From Octopus sinensis (Eukaryota), in NCBI RefSeq assembly GCF_006345805.1, contig NC_043014.1, positions 16,554,001 to 16,618,000 of the forward strand: a DNA stretch of 64,000 bases. Reading direction: 5' to 3'. The notes beneath the pieces are model-generated. The model saw only the letters and a list, made by a program, of their open reading frames with translations. It ran no database searches and was not told where the DNA came from. Shown here piece after piece: positions 12,050 to 23,838 of the stretch. The translations under genes were made by a program, and so were the position numbers. How positions within the stretch are numbered: position 1 is the stretch's first letter; every line of letters begins with the position of its first letter.

Positions 12050-12107
<58 letters not shown>

Positions 12108-12309
12108 CAGTAATACCTCACATTACAAGGACCTGCTTTACAGTAATAAATATAAAATGATTAAACAGCCATTGTGTGTGTGTGTGTGTGTCTACACTGG
12201 TTCTGATATGTCTACACAGCAATGGAGTAAAAGGATGGCATAGAAATTTTATTGCTACTACGGGAAATTACGGGAAATTACTGCTCTGCTTTGCAAGTTC
12301 TCTCTTTAC

Positions 12310-12661
12310 GAGAGATATCCAGTGATATACATCTGGAAAATCCTGGAGGGTCTGGTCCCAAACTTTGGCATTCAAAGTTGCCCCAACCGCAGAACGGGGC
12401 GCCACTGCATGGTGCCAAAGATTCCAACATCATCATCAAAATACAGGACCAGATACTGCAACAGCTTGGGTTTCAGAGGACCACAGCTCTTTAACATCCT
12501 CCCTAAATGCCTGAGAGACTTACATGGTGTGGATGTGGGTTTCTTTAAAACTAAACTGGATCTCTTCTTGTCGGGAGTCCCAGATGAACCAATCCCGTTT
12601 AAGGATCTCTTTCTCAATCAACTTCCAGTTTGCTTCATGAAAGTTTAAGTTGGAGAGATGG
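12310..12661 (+). repeat. inverted duplicate of 10720-11071, including the chimeric LINE junction
   Basis: 352-bp arms, about 5 mismatches by eye. Confidence 0.9.
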
Positions 12662-13469
12662 GGGGCCAGGCGACGAAAACAAATGAGTTAAGTACGCAAA
12701 TAATAAGAGGAAAGAATAGAAAACTGGATAAGTAATATACAGAAAGAATCCTTCGTATGTTGTCGGCTGTCTATCTACTCCTCATTTCTAGCATTCAACG
12801 ACAACTATTCCCATAAATTACCAAAATAAAATTTGAGATTTCTGGACAGTTGAAGTTGGGAACTAAAACAGGAAAGTGGAGACAGAGAAGGAAACCAAAC
12901 GAAAACAGCGTGGAGAGTCGTTGGACCAGAATGAGGGAGGGGGGGAATAATAAAAGGGAAAAGAGAGGAGTAGAAGACATCCAGTTGTTAGAAAAAGAAA
13001 GAGGGCCACATATAAATAGTTATGGTACATTCTGTTAAGAATGTAGAACAGTATAAAGATCGCCTATCTTCAGATTTCATCCTGTGCTGTCCAGTGGTAA
13101 TAGATTTACTTCCAGGTTTGTGTTTGGGTTTCTCTGTCGTGTGTGAACAGGGAACTGGAAAAAAATTGGAGTCAATAAGAAGGGGCAGAGTTGGACATTT
13201 TTATTTTTTTAATCACTGCAATGGTTTCCACGCAACCTGCTTCTCCAGGTGAGCAGGGAGTTGATTATGCAACCGTTTTCCTCTGTTACGAGATCTGGTT
13301 GTGTTTCCTCAGGTGATATATAAATATTGCTGCCCAAAGTTTCAAATTCTTGGCTTCAAGACCATCCCATCCGTCTGTTGTGGCCTAAATTTAGTAGTAG
13401 CCAAGACTGTGGGGCTAGAAATAAACGAATCGAGGACATAGTACATCACCATTAATATAAACAGTGACA

Positions 13470-13535
13470 AAACAACAGGCGTCCTGGCAAATGGAAAACA
13501 GCTATCCAAGGTTGATAAATTCACTTACCTAGGAT
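13470..13535 (+). mobile_element. tiny RTE RT fragment
   Basis: translates ANGKQLSKVDKFTYLGS. Confidence 0.45.
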
Positions 13536-14365
13536 CGACTGTAACTGCTCTCACAACTCAAACTGTGACATCATAGACAGTAGGAGAGCGGCATGTCACA
13601 GCTTCAACACCTCTGGTCGTCTGACATCAACACAACAATGAAGATAAAGATGGACAAAACTTCCGACTTTTACATATGGATGAGAAACATGGGTAACAGG
13701 CAAAAAACCGGCAAAGGGCCATGGTGAATACTTTTACACAAGAAACCTAAGGAAAATATATCAGATATCTTATACACACACACACACAATGAGTGTGTGT
13801 GTGTATGTGTGTGTGTGTGTGAGAGAGAGAGATATCTGTTCTATGTATAACCAAAGAAAGAGCACATCTCTGATGAGCTGACAAGTATGTCTGGACCGGT
13901 TCTCTAAGAAGATTTTCAAATTCTAATTCATTTTACTAAAGTTAATATTTGGATCGTCTGTAATTTCCAATTTTAAAGACTTTCATGTGTGTGTGTGTGT
14001 GTGTGTGTGTGCGTGCATTATAACATCAGCCTCACAAGATATAGTATATTATTATCAAATTTTTTTAATAAAGCATCGCTTCGAATTATTTGACAGAAAC
14101 ACAGAAAAGAGAGATTATAATTTGAAAGAGTACCACCATCATAATCCCCGTCATCACCACCCCTAATGTCGCCCGAATCAAGAATGACACCGAGAATGGA
14201 AATGAAAACAATAACAACCAGCAAAGTAAAAAGCAAGAAGACAAGAAATTAAATTGCCACTTCAACACAGCTGCAAATTCCAACATCACAATTATTACCA
14301 TCTCCGACATCACAACCACCATTAACACCAACACAACAAAAATTGAAAATACTACTCTCTCTTTT

Positions 14366-14848
14366 ACTCTTTTACTTGTTTCGGTCATTTGACTGCGGCC
14401 ATGCTGGAGCACCGCCTTTAGTCGAGCAACTCGACCCCGGGGTTATTCTTTGTAAGCCCAGTACTTATTCTATTGGTCTCTTTTGCCGAACCACTAAGTG
14501 ACGGGGACGCATCTTGGGCAAGTGTCTTCTGCTATAGCCTCGGGCCGACCAATGCCTTGTGAGTGGATTTGGTAGACGGAAACTGAAAGAAGCCTGTCGT
14601 ATATATGTATATATATGTACGTATCTGTATGTATATGTTTGTGTGTCTGTGTTTGTCCCTCTAGCATTGCTTGACAACCGATGCTGGTGTGGTGTGTTTA
14701 CGCCCCCGTCACTTAGCGGTTCGGCAAAAGAGACCGATAGAATAAGTACTGGGCTTACAAAGAATAAGTCCCGGGGTCGATTTGCTCGACTAAAGGCGGT
14801 GCTCCAGCATGGCCGCAGTCAAATGACTGAAACAAGTAAAAGAGTAAC
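14366..14848. mobile_element. two 5'-truncated copies of the main SINE fused head-to-head (tails outward)
   Basis: 14366-14508 is the reverse complement of 14701-14845; middle holds the CTTGGGCAAGTGTCTT body and a (TA/TG) tract. Confidence 0.9.
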
Positions 14849-15274
14849 CCAGAATCCATCCAAACAATAATAAAACGATCGTTTACGAATAGTATAAGAC
14901 TAGAAAGTCAGAAAATATAGCATTCAAATAGAAAAGTACCTCAGATTAATCTGGGGTATCAAAATGTTGGTTACTAAGGGGTAAAAATTGGTACCATAAA
15001 GCTGAGAATGAGGCCAGGAAGTATTCCACAAAACTCTAAAGAAGGACGAACTTGTCCGCCATGCTAATCTACTTTGGTTGGAGATCAGTAAGAATGAAGA
15101 TGGTCGATATGTCCTCAAAAGTAAACATTGCAAATGGCAAAAAGTATCATACGTATATTAGCTAGGATGCAGAAGAGCCGCGTCAGTGTACGTAGAGGGT
15201 ATCCATATCATACTGTCGGATATACAACGCATCTAGGTGATTGGCGCTGCTCAGTGAATTAAATTAAAAAATAA

Positions 15275-15527
15275 ATAAATGCACCCTATTAAAGCCTAGC
15301 CAGGCTCATGGGCCTAGTTTCCCGGTTTCAATGGCGTATGTGTTCCCCAGCTGGACGGGACGCCGGTCCATCGCAGCGTTACTCATTTTTGTCAGCTGAG
15401 TGGACCGGAGCAACGTGAAATGAAGTGTTTTGCTCAAGAACACAACGCGTCGCCCGGTCCAGGAATCGAAGCCACAATCTTACGATCATGATGCTGACAC
15501 CCTAACCATTAAGCCACGCGCCTCCAC
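15275..15527 (-). mobile_element. tRNA-derived SINE with a V-SINE-like central motif
   Basis: minus head GGAGGCGCGTGGCTTAATGG..GGCTTCGATTCC; body GCGATGGACCGGCGTCCCGTCCAG. Confidence 0.75.
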
Positions 15528-15630
15528 CTGAGGATTTAAACGATGCAAAAACCATATTTATAAAAAAATGGAAGATGAGTAACTTTCAACATCCCCGAAG
15601 CCACTGTACAAGGCACACTGAGAAAAACAA

Positions 15631-16029
15631 TCTTTATATATAAAAGTCAAGTTGTGTGTCTGTCTCCTACGATTTAGATTCCTAACTACTCCCACATTTT
15701 GCGGTGCAGTTTAACCAAAACCGGGTATCTTACAGTCGAGATTCATATCGAGCCCTTCTGAGTATTAGCGCGCGTCTACGATGAGTCAACGATTTTAAAA
15801 ATAATTTACCATCATTTTTTTCCATTTCAATGCATTTTTTTCGCTATTATATAAGGGAAGTAACTCTCTAAAAATGTCTACGATGAGTCAACGATTTAAA
15901 AAAAAATTTGCCATAATTTTTTTTCCATTTTTAATGCATTTTTTTGCTATTTTTTGGCTATAACTCTCTAAAAATGCTTATATAGTTATTTCCCTTACAA
16001 ACCCGAGCAACGCCGGGCGATACTGCTAG
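15631..16029 (+). mobile_element. non-autonomous Helitron
   Basis: A|TC start, CTAG|T end, subterminal hairpin CCCGAGCAACGCCGGG, internal about 110-bp tandem unit, no TSD. Confidence 0.85.
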
Positions 16030-16139
16030 TAACATATAAAACAATAGGAGTTAAAAGTCGTAGATTGAAACGACCGACACAATAACAAATTGAAAAGTGT
16101 CTACGTCCAGTATAGGACAAAAAAAAACCTACGTTGTAA

Positions 16140-19100
16140 GAAAAAGTGATATGGCACTGTGGAGGTGAGATTTACCACGGAGGAGTAGGGGCAAGGAAGC
16201 ACTTTGATTCTAAAAAATGAAGTTCTGCTTCTTGTAACCATATAACCGGATCGTTGGGTAGTGAAAATATAAATTCTAATATGCCACCAGAAATAAACAG
16301 CTGCTGGTTGGTGGCAGCTGTTCTGGATATAGAGGCCAAAACAAACATCCTACAGGTGTGGAAACTCCAAAAACAAAATTGGTTGGGGTAAGGTTTGGAG
16401 TTGTGGCTGTAAATGGATTACGAAAGTTTAGAAGCAATTCCAGACGTCATAAATCGACCAGAAAACACCAACCTCCACGTGACCGTTGAGAGTAAAAGGC
16501 GGAGGTATTATCTGTGTGGGGACACGAATCATCTGAAGGCCTTTTGCTCACAACAAAAGAGAGAAGGGAGACACCATTTTTGCCGACACCATCGTCACCA
16601 CAGCAACGGCAACAGCACCAAAAACAACAGTATCAGTAACAGCAATTACAGCAGCACTGACAGCGGTAGCATCAACAACAACAAGAACAACAATAGTGGA
16701 AGCACCAGCAACATACAGAACAAGGAACTCAAGAGCATATATGGTTTCCATATCATTAACTACACAGTAATACATACCATGTCAACCGGGAATGGGTGTG
16801 GGGCGTGTTTGGAACTGCGGTGTTGTTCCGGAGATGTCTGGATCTCAAGATAAGGACTACCTTCCTGGACTCAGAAGGTAAGTTCGAGATCCTAGATGTG
16901 AACAGTAGTGACGGGGATGCCCTCAAACTGGTGACTGTTTATGTTCCGACAAGAACAGGACATCTGGATTTCTTCAGACGTCAGGAGATTTTCCTAGGGT
17001 CGTCTCGACCTTTAGTGTTAGTGGGCGATTGGAACGCCGTCTTAGAGCCACGTTTGGACTGTGTGAAGCAAGGAGATAGAAGAGGGGTGGTGAGAGCCTC
17101 ATAAACCTGCTTATATATTTCTAAGTGTCTAACAGGTACGGACTGAATGTGCCAATGTGGATATGGACGAACTTCATCGGGTCATCCAGGTCATTTCTAG
17201 ATAGGGTATTGTGTAGGCCAGTAGATAAGGATAGTATAAGTTGCCCACTTTTCAAACTCATCAGCTACACAGACCAGAAATTTATGATCTGTATGGTCGA
17301 TCCAGATAGGCTTAGATGGCAGGGATCCAGTTACTGGAAACTGAACGCGCCAAGCCCAATGCCAAATCCAACGTGCCAAGCTTACAGAGACCGGATTAGA
17401 GAATTAGTTAAGCGGGCGTTGAAGAGGCAATCGTCAACAACAAATTGTGGTTTGCTCTGAAAAAGGTAATTAGAGTAGAATCAGCCAGGTTTAGTAAGGC
17501 ATTAGTGATAGAAATAAATAAAATAGAAGGTCACCTAGAACCTTTGAAAAGGCATTTAAGAAATGTATTGCAACCGACGTGCTGGTCGTGAGATTGGCCG
17601 TGAACCAATTCTTGAACGCTAAACACGAAGGTTGCATTGTTAGAGCTAAGATGCATGCTCTAAGACAAGAAGAAACGAAAGCCGCTCGATGGATCCGAGT
17701 GGCAGAGCGCAACGTGACAACAAAGTCACAATTCGGTCTTTGGTGAACCAAAATGGGCGCATCGGACTCGAGCCCGAGCGGCATTTCAGTGGCACTTCCC
17801 CTGACTGTTTGGTACGAATGGTGGTCCGGAACGCTGGATAGATTTCAAATTCTATCTCGACTGCATGTCATGACTCTCAGCAAGGTGGGTAGAGCGTTGT
17901 AAAATGCTGATAACAGTCGTGGAAAAACAGGATGCGACGATGGGCCGCACGGGGAGTAAATCACCTGGTCTGGATGGTCTGACTTATGAGCTTTACTTTT
18001 ACATGCCAGACTTACTTGGCGGTCTCTTAGCAGATATCTACTGCAACTGGCAACAGAACATGAGAATTTCTAGTTCTGTAAGTCGAGGAGCGGTGCCACT
18101 GGAAAGAAAGGACCCAAACAAGCTGGGCTCAAATCGAAAATTTCAGGCCCATAACGCTGCTAAACGCGGACTTCAAAATTTTGACTTAGGTGTGAGCAAA
18201 GAGGTTGACGTTTGTCGTCGAAGAACTGATTGTTGAAACGCAAACATCCAAGACAACCTCTACTTCATGCGAGGGTGGGTAAAGAAGCTGCTATGGGTGG
18301 GGCCTTGATTAATTTGGATCACTCTAAAGCCTTCGATAGGGTCGACCACCGATACTTGGCGGCCGTTCTCACGGCGGTTGGTTTTGGTCCCGTTTTCCAT
18401 GGTTGGATCTGCAATGTACTGTGACATATACTCGGTAGTTCGGGTAAATGGTTAACTATCGGAACCATTCAACATTGTACGATGTGTCCGTCAGGGGTGT
18501 CCACTCTCATCTCTGTGTATGTTCTGGCTCTAGAGCCACTACTGCAGAAAGGGAGGCGTTGATAGGAATCCCGCGCAAACTAGGATGTGGGAGAATAGTC
18601 TCGGCATACGCAGACGACGTCATGTCATAGTGTCGAACACCAGACACACAGACCCAGTCTGCACTACTCTAAAAGAATACGAGTCGGTGTCAGGAGCAAA
18701 AATTAAACAAGAAAAGTCAGTGGGCCTGCACCTCAGCACCTGCAGAGGCCGTCCAAGAATGTAGTGGGACGCTGGACGGAGGGACCAGTTAAATTGCTCG
18801 TGGTCTGGTTTGATCCGTGGAGAACTGGAACGACGTGTAGAGCAAGGTGACCAATCTCATCCAGAAATGAGTCAAGAGAAAGCTATTCCTGAGTGGTCAG
18901 GCAGAGGTGGCGGATGCTTCATCGCCTCTTATATATTATCGCCTGACAGTCGTGCCTTGCTGGGCATGCCGTGGCTGTTGATTCGCAGACATGCTCTGAG
19001 GCTACGACATCTCCAGCGATTCCTTGATGGTGAGCAGGTGTGGTCGTCATTTATCAGACAGGATTTTCCACAGCTCGTCTTTTTAACAGAGGTGAGTTCA

Positions 19101-20025
19101 TGGATCAAGCATAGACCAGGGTATGAGGCCTGGCACCTAGAGTATCGTCAGGCGCTCACAATCCTCTGTTGGTCGGGCAATGCGGTCGGTGGAAGTTTCA
19201 CTCTGGCGTTCTGTAGAGGGTCAGTGGCGGTCAAGTACGATGATGCTCTTGGCGAGATTCTGGGTGTCGACGAGAATAAACTCTACAAGCATGGAAGTAC
19301 TGTCAGCCGGGTTTGCCCGAGATGCGTGTAGAGCGGGAAACTGCTCTGCACGACCGAGCATTGCTTACTTGTGGGTTTCAGTCAAACACCTGCTGTCACG
19401 TGAAAGACGGATCGGATTATCAGAGTCTATCATGAAGATCGCTCCGCTGCCTTCCTTTGGCCGAGAAGGGAAGACAACGTTTCTCTGTCCGGTGGCCTTA
19501 GCGAAAGAGGTTGTGTGGTGAACCAGGCTGAAAGGGCTGGAGACTGCAACTGGCGACAGAACAGAAGAATTCCTAGTTCTGTAAGATGAGGGACGATGCC
19601 CCTGGAAAGAAAGGGCCCAAACAAGCTGGGGTCAAATCGAAAAATTGGGGCCAATAATGCAGCTAAAGTTTTTCGGCTTCCACTTGAAAAGGAAGGAGAA
19701 GGCTGCCTCCCAACAATCCTGTTAAAAGGTAGGTGAATGTAACGCGAATGGCCCGATTGAATGGGCTTACTCTAAGCATGCACCTCTAGATCGAGGGTAG
19801 ATGAAGTGGAGAGGGCACTTGCCCTAGAGGTTAGGGCGGTTGAAGTTTTTGTGAGTTTTTTCACGAGCAGCCTTTGGAAGCTTCCCTCTTTTGTGGGGTC
19901 TTATTTGTAAGAAGTTTCTTTGTTATTCTTTATTTACAAGTTTCAGTCGCACTTTATTTGTATTGTACTGTCCTGTACAGATCTCAGTCGTTTTACATGA
20001 ACCTTCAGTGGTTAATAAAGAAAAT
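16140..20025 (+). mobile_element. decayed L1/Tx1-clade LINE (ORF1 zinc-knuckle relic, endonuclease, RT)
   Basis: YYLCGDTNHLKAFC knuckle; LVGDWNAVL, FLDRVL, YWKLN; KSPGLDG, LDHSKAFDRVDH, AYADD; VCPRC; AATAAA near 20014. Confidence 0.88.
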
Positions 20026-20042
20026 ATTATTATCATTATAAA

Positions 20043-20465
20043 GGCGGCGATCTAGTAAAATCGTTACCACGCCGGGCAAATGCTTAGCGGCATTTCGTCC
20101 GTATTTACATTCTGAGTTAAAATTTCGTCGAGGTCGACTTTACTTTTGATCCTTCGGGATCGATAAAATAAGTACCAGTTGTGTACTGTGGTCAATGTAA
20201 TTGACTAGCCTCTCCCTCAAATTTCAGGCCTTGTGCCTATAGTAGAAAGGATTATTATAAAGGCAGTGAGCTGGTAGAATGGGTAACACGCCGAGCAGAA
20301 TGCTTAACGGCATTCCGTCCATCTTTACGTTCTGAGTTCAAATTCCGCTGTCGAATTTGCTTTTCATCCTTCCGAGTCGATAAAATGAGCGTTGAGATCG
20401 ATTTAATCGACCTAGCTCCCCTCCTCCAAACTGTGGGCATTGTGCCAAAATTTGAAACCATCATT
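20043..20465 (+). mobile_element. two tandem tRNA-derived SINEs (TTTCATCC..CGATAAAAT family; Nin/Deu- or Meta-type domain, assignment uncertain)
   Basis: heads GGCGGCGATCTAGTA / GGCAGTGAGCTGGTA; B-box-like GAGTTCAAATTCC; tail CCTTGTGCC.. Confidence 0.8.
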
Positions 20466-20484
20466 ATTATTAAAATATTGATAT

Positions 20485-21205
20485 AGGCGCAGGAGTGGCT
20501 GTGTGGTAAGAAGCTTGATTACCAAACACATGGTTCTGGGTTCAGTCCCACTGCGTAGCACCTTGGGCAAGTGTCTTCTACTATAGCCCCGGGCTGACCA
20601 AAGCCTTGTGAGTGGATTTGGTAGACGGAAACTGAAAGAAGCCCGTAGTTTATATATATATATATATATCAAGAGAAAGCTATTCCTGAAAGGTCGGGCA
20701 GAGGTGGCGGATGCTTCATCGCCTCTTATATATATTATCGCCTTTTATATATATTATCGCCTGACAGTCGTACCTTGCTGGGCATGCCGTGGCTGTTGAT
20801 TCGCAGACATGCTCTGAGGCTACGACATCTCCAGCGATTCATATATATATATATATCAATCATTGATATATGTTTTATCTTATATTTAATATTTCTATAA
20901 TATGTAATTTTTCTAAATGGTATAATTTAATTTTTCATTATTGAATTGATAAAAGGTGTTTTTTTTTCTTATTCATATATATATGTATATGTATATATAT
21001 ATGTTTGTGTGTCTGTGTTTGACCCCCACCATCGCTTGACAGAAGATGTTGGTGTGTGTGCGTCCCTGTAACTTAGCAGTTCGGCAAAAGACACCAATAG
21101 AATAAGTACTACGCATACAAAGAATAAGACCCGGGGTCTATTTCTTCGACTAAAGGCGGCGCTCCAGCATGGCCGCAGTCAAATGACTGAAACAAATAAA
21201 AGAAT
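20485..21205 (+). mobile_element. main tRNA-derived SINE (head, CORE-like CCTTGGGCAAG body, internal microsatellite, L2/CR1-like tail)
   Basis: head 20485-20650 and tail about 21000-21205 separated by an expanded TA tract carrying an insertion. Confidence 0.85.
20669..20840 (+). repeat. copy of the Tx1 LINE segment 18872-19022 inside a SINE microsatellite
   Basis: near-identical, with an added tandem duplication of about 20 nt. Confidence 0.8.
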
Positions 21206-21499
21206 AAATGAATATAGATTAAAAGATAGTGACAAAGAAAGCAAATATGGACACTTATATCACATAGAAAAAAGACAAAACAAAACAAAATCAAATGACA
21301 ATTGCAAAAATAGAATTCAAACAAAATACATAGGTTAGAATAAATGCGTCACTTGAGTCTCACAGGTGATTCTCTACATTTTTTTCTCTGTCCAAAGGGC
21401 TTTTAACTTCGTGTATTACGCGCCTTTATTTATAGCTAGTCTGACATTCGAGATGTATCATTTATAGAGACACATATACATATTTGTACGTATATATGT

Positions 21500-21727
21500 A
21501 CTCTTTTACTTGTTTCAGTCATTTGACTGTGTCCATGCTGGAGCACCGCCTTTTAGTCGAGCAAATCGACCCCAGGACTTATCCTTTGTAAGCCTAGCAC
21601 TAATTCTATCGGTATCTTTGGCCGAACCGCTAAGTTATGGGGACGTAAATACACCACCATCGGTTGTCAGGCGATGTGGGGGGGGGCAACACACACAAAC
21701 ATATACATATATATATATACATATATA

Positions 21728-21761
<34 letters not shown>

Positions 21762-22106
21762 TCTTTCAGTTTCCGTCTACCAAATCCACTCAAAAGGCTT
21801 TGGTCGGCCCGAGGCTATAGTAGAAGACACTTGCCCAAGGTGCCATGCAGTGGCAATGAACCCGGAACCATGTGGTTGGTAATCAAGCTACTTACCACAC
21901 AACCACTCCTGCGCCTGTATGTATGTATGTAATTATGTATGCATGAATGCACGTGTCTCTATGCGTATATGCACGTATATATAACCACATGGTTCTGGGT
22001 TCAGTACTACTGCGCGGCACCTTCGGCGAGTGTCTTCTACTATAGCCTCGGGCTGACCAAAGTCTTGTGAGTGAATTTGGTAGCCGGAAACTGAAAGAAG
22101 CCCGTC
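21500..22106. mobile_element. main SINE on minus (21500-21914) and a head fragment on plus (21983-22106)
   Basis: same head, body and tail motifs as other copies. Confidence 0.85.
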
Positions 22107-22151
<45 letters not shown>

Positions 22152-22239
22152 ATTCCATGTATTTGAAACTTTTAATGTCCTTACATATATATTGTACGGC
22201 GTTTTTATGTTATTCCACATTTTCGCGATACAAGTATAT

Positions 22240-22462
22240 ATCTCGCATGAGCCAGTCAACTCGTAGGATACAGGCTAGCGCGGACGCGCGTGTGCGCAAA
22301 CCGGGTCCAGTCTACGCTACTAGTTCATGTGACCGAAAGTAAACTTTACTGGTCCCTTTTTAATAAACCTCCACGTGATTATTATTTATTCCTCTGTTTT
22401 TGTTCCTTTAATTTCTGACTTAAAGAAAATCACATTACCGAAGCCGCGCTAAAAAAGCAGAT
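22240..22462 (+). promoter_or_regulatory. putative innexin promoter / first exon (5' UTR)
   Basis: non-repeat CpG-rich patch; NRF1-like GCGCGTGTGCGCA 22286-98; E-boxes TCATGTGAC 22325-33 and CACGTG 22372-77; ends at a GTAAGT donor. Confidence 0.55.
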
Positions 22463-22464
22463 AT
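22463..22464 (+). CDS. inx: innexin coding exon 1 ('AT' of a split ATG)
   Basis: AT|GTAAGT donor joined to acceptor 28666 gives ATG ATT GGC = MIGSILGGFMSW; in-frame TAA at 22421-23 upstream; G at -3. Confidence 0.6.
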
Positions 22465-23504
22465 GTAAGTTCATTTAAAATTATTTTTGTTTGTATATCG
22501 TTTAAAATTATTTTTGTTTTTATATCATTGACCGCCTCTAAAATTAATGACTTCAGTTTTGAGCAGATCATGAACTATGTACTCAGAAACACCTTTTTAT
22601 TTTCTTTCATTGTTCGGGTATTCCCCTTTATAAACATTTGATATCCTGTCATGCTTCAACACACATTTTTGACATGAAAAGTAAATAACCTGTACAATAA
22701 TGTGGGTAGAAATAAAAAGTTTTTCTCATTAAATTGTAACCAGTCCTTATTATTTAAACACCTTAGACAAGCCGTGTCTCAAAATTCTTTCTAGCTGTGG
22801 GTTCAGACGAGGAGTAAATTTTTAGAATTATTTTTATGATAAAATCTTTCTTTGCCTGACAATACAGCTCAAATTAGAAGCAATCTTTTCTAACATTTAT
22901 TTATTCATAGCCATAATTTAAAATATTCATCTTTTCCCGGCAATTTTCTTGTGAAAGAGAATCCTTCTTTTATTTTGCCTCCATGAACATGTGGTGTTTG
23001 TGTATTTTGTTAATTTTCATATTTCCTTGCTGTAACTCCCTTTTCTATCTGCTGCTTGCCTATCATACATCTCTTTCTCCCTACAAAATCACTCTGGACA
23101 CGTTCTGTATTCATAATGTGTGTGTGTGTGTGTGTGTGAAGTAGATCTCCGTCGCTTTCGACGATGAGTATTCTAGTTTGTGTGATCAACTGAGTTACAT
23201 TCTCAGTTGAATCAACACTCTTTAAGCAACAGAATATTCCACAGATACTTTTTCTTACCCTTAATCACGTAATCCTCGAGCAGAGTTCCATACATTATGT
23301 AACAGAAAAAGGTCGACGCTTTGAATATTAATCCTGTCGGTCTGACAGATTTTTTTTTCACTCATAAATAAGCCTTGGGTCGATCCGAGGCTATGTTGAA
23401 ATATTGCCCAAAATACCATGTAGGTTCAAACCCTGACTCAATGACTGTTCTTATCCACTCACCGGCTTTTCTTGCGTATCTAGACACTATAGTTATATAT
23501 ATAT

Positions 23505-23838
23505 ATCATCATCATCGTTTAACGTCCGTTTTCCGCGCTAGCACGGGTTGGACGGTTCGACTGGGGTCTGGGAAGCCAGGGGCTGCACCAGGCTCCAGTC
23601 TGATCTGGCAGTGTTTCTACAGCTGGATGCCCTTCCTAACGCCAACCACTCCGCGAGTGTTGTGGGTGCTTTTTACGTGCCACCGGCACAGGTGTCAGGG
23701 GAGTCTGGCATCGTTCACGATCGGTTGGTGCTTTTTATGTGCCACCGGCATAGAAGCCAGTCGAGGCGGCGCTGGCATCGACCACATTCGGATGGTGCTT
23801 TTTATGTGCCACCAGCACAGAAGCCAGTCGAGGCGGCG
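23505..23838 (-). mobile_element. RTE-tail element with a short minisatellite
   Basis: (CAT)n-CGTTTAACGTCCG.. and GTGCCACCGGCA nodes. Confidence 0.85.

Noticed and set aside
13870-13905. Hammerhead at CTGATGAG
   Set aside because: No GAAA and no matching stem I
23548-23838. N-terminal about 97 aa of the 676-aa ORF as a novel LINE domain
   Set aside because: It is the antisense reading of the adjacent RTE-tail/minisatellite repeat; the real endonuclease starts near 23839
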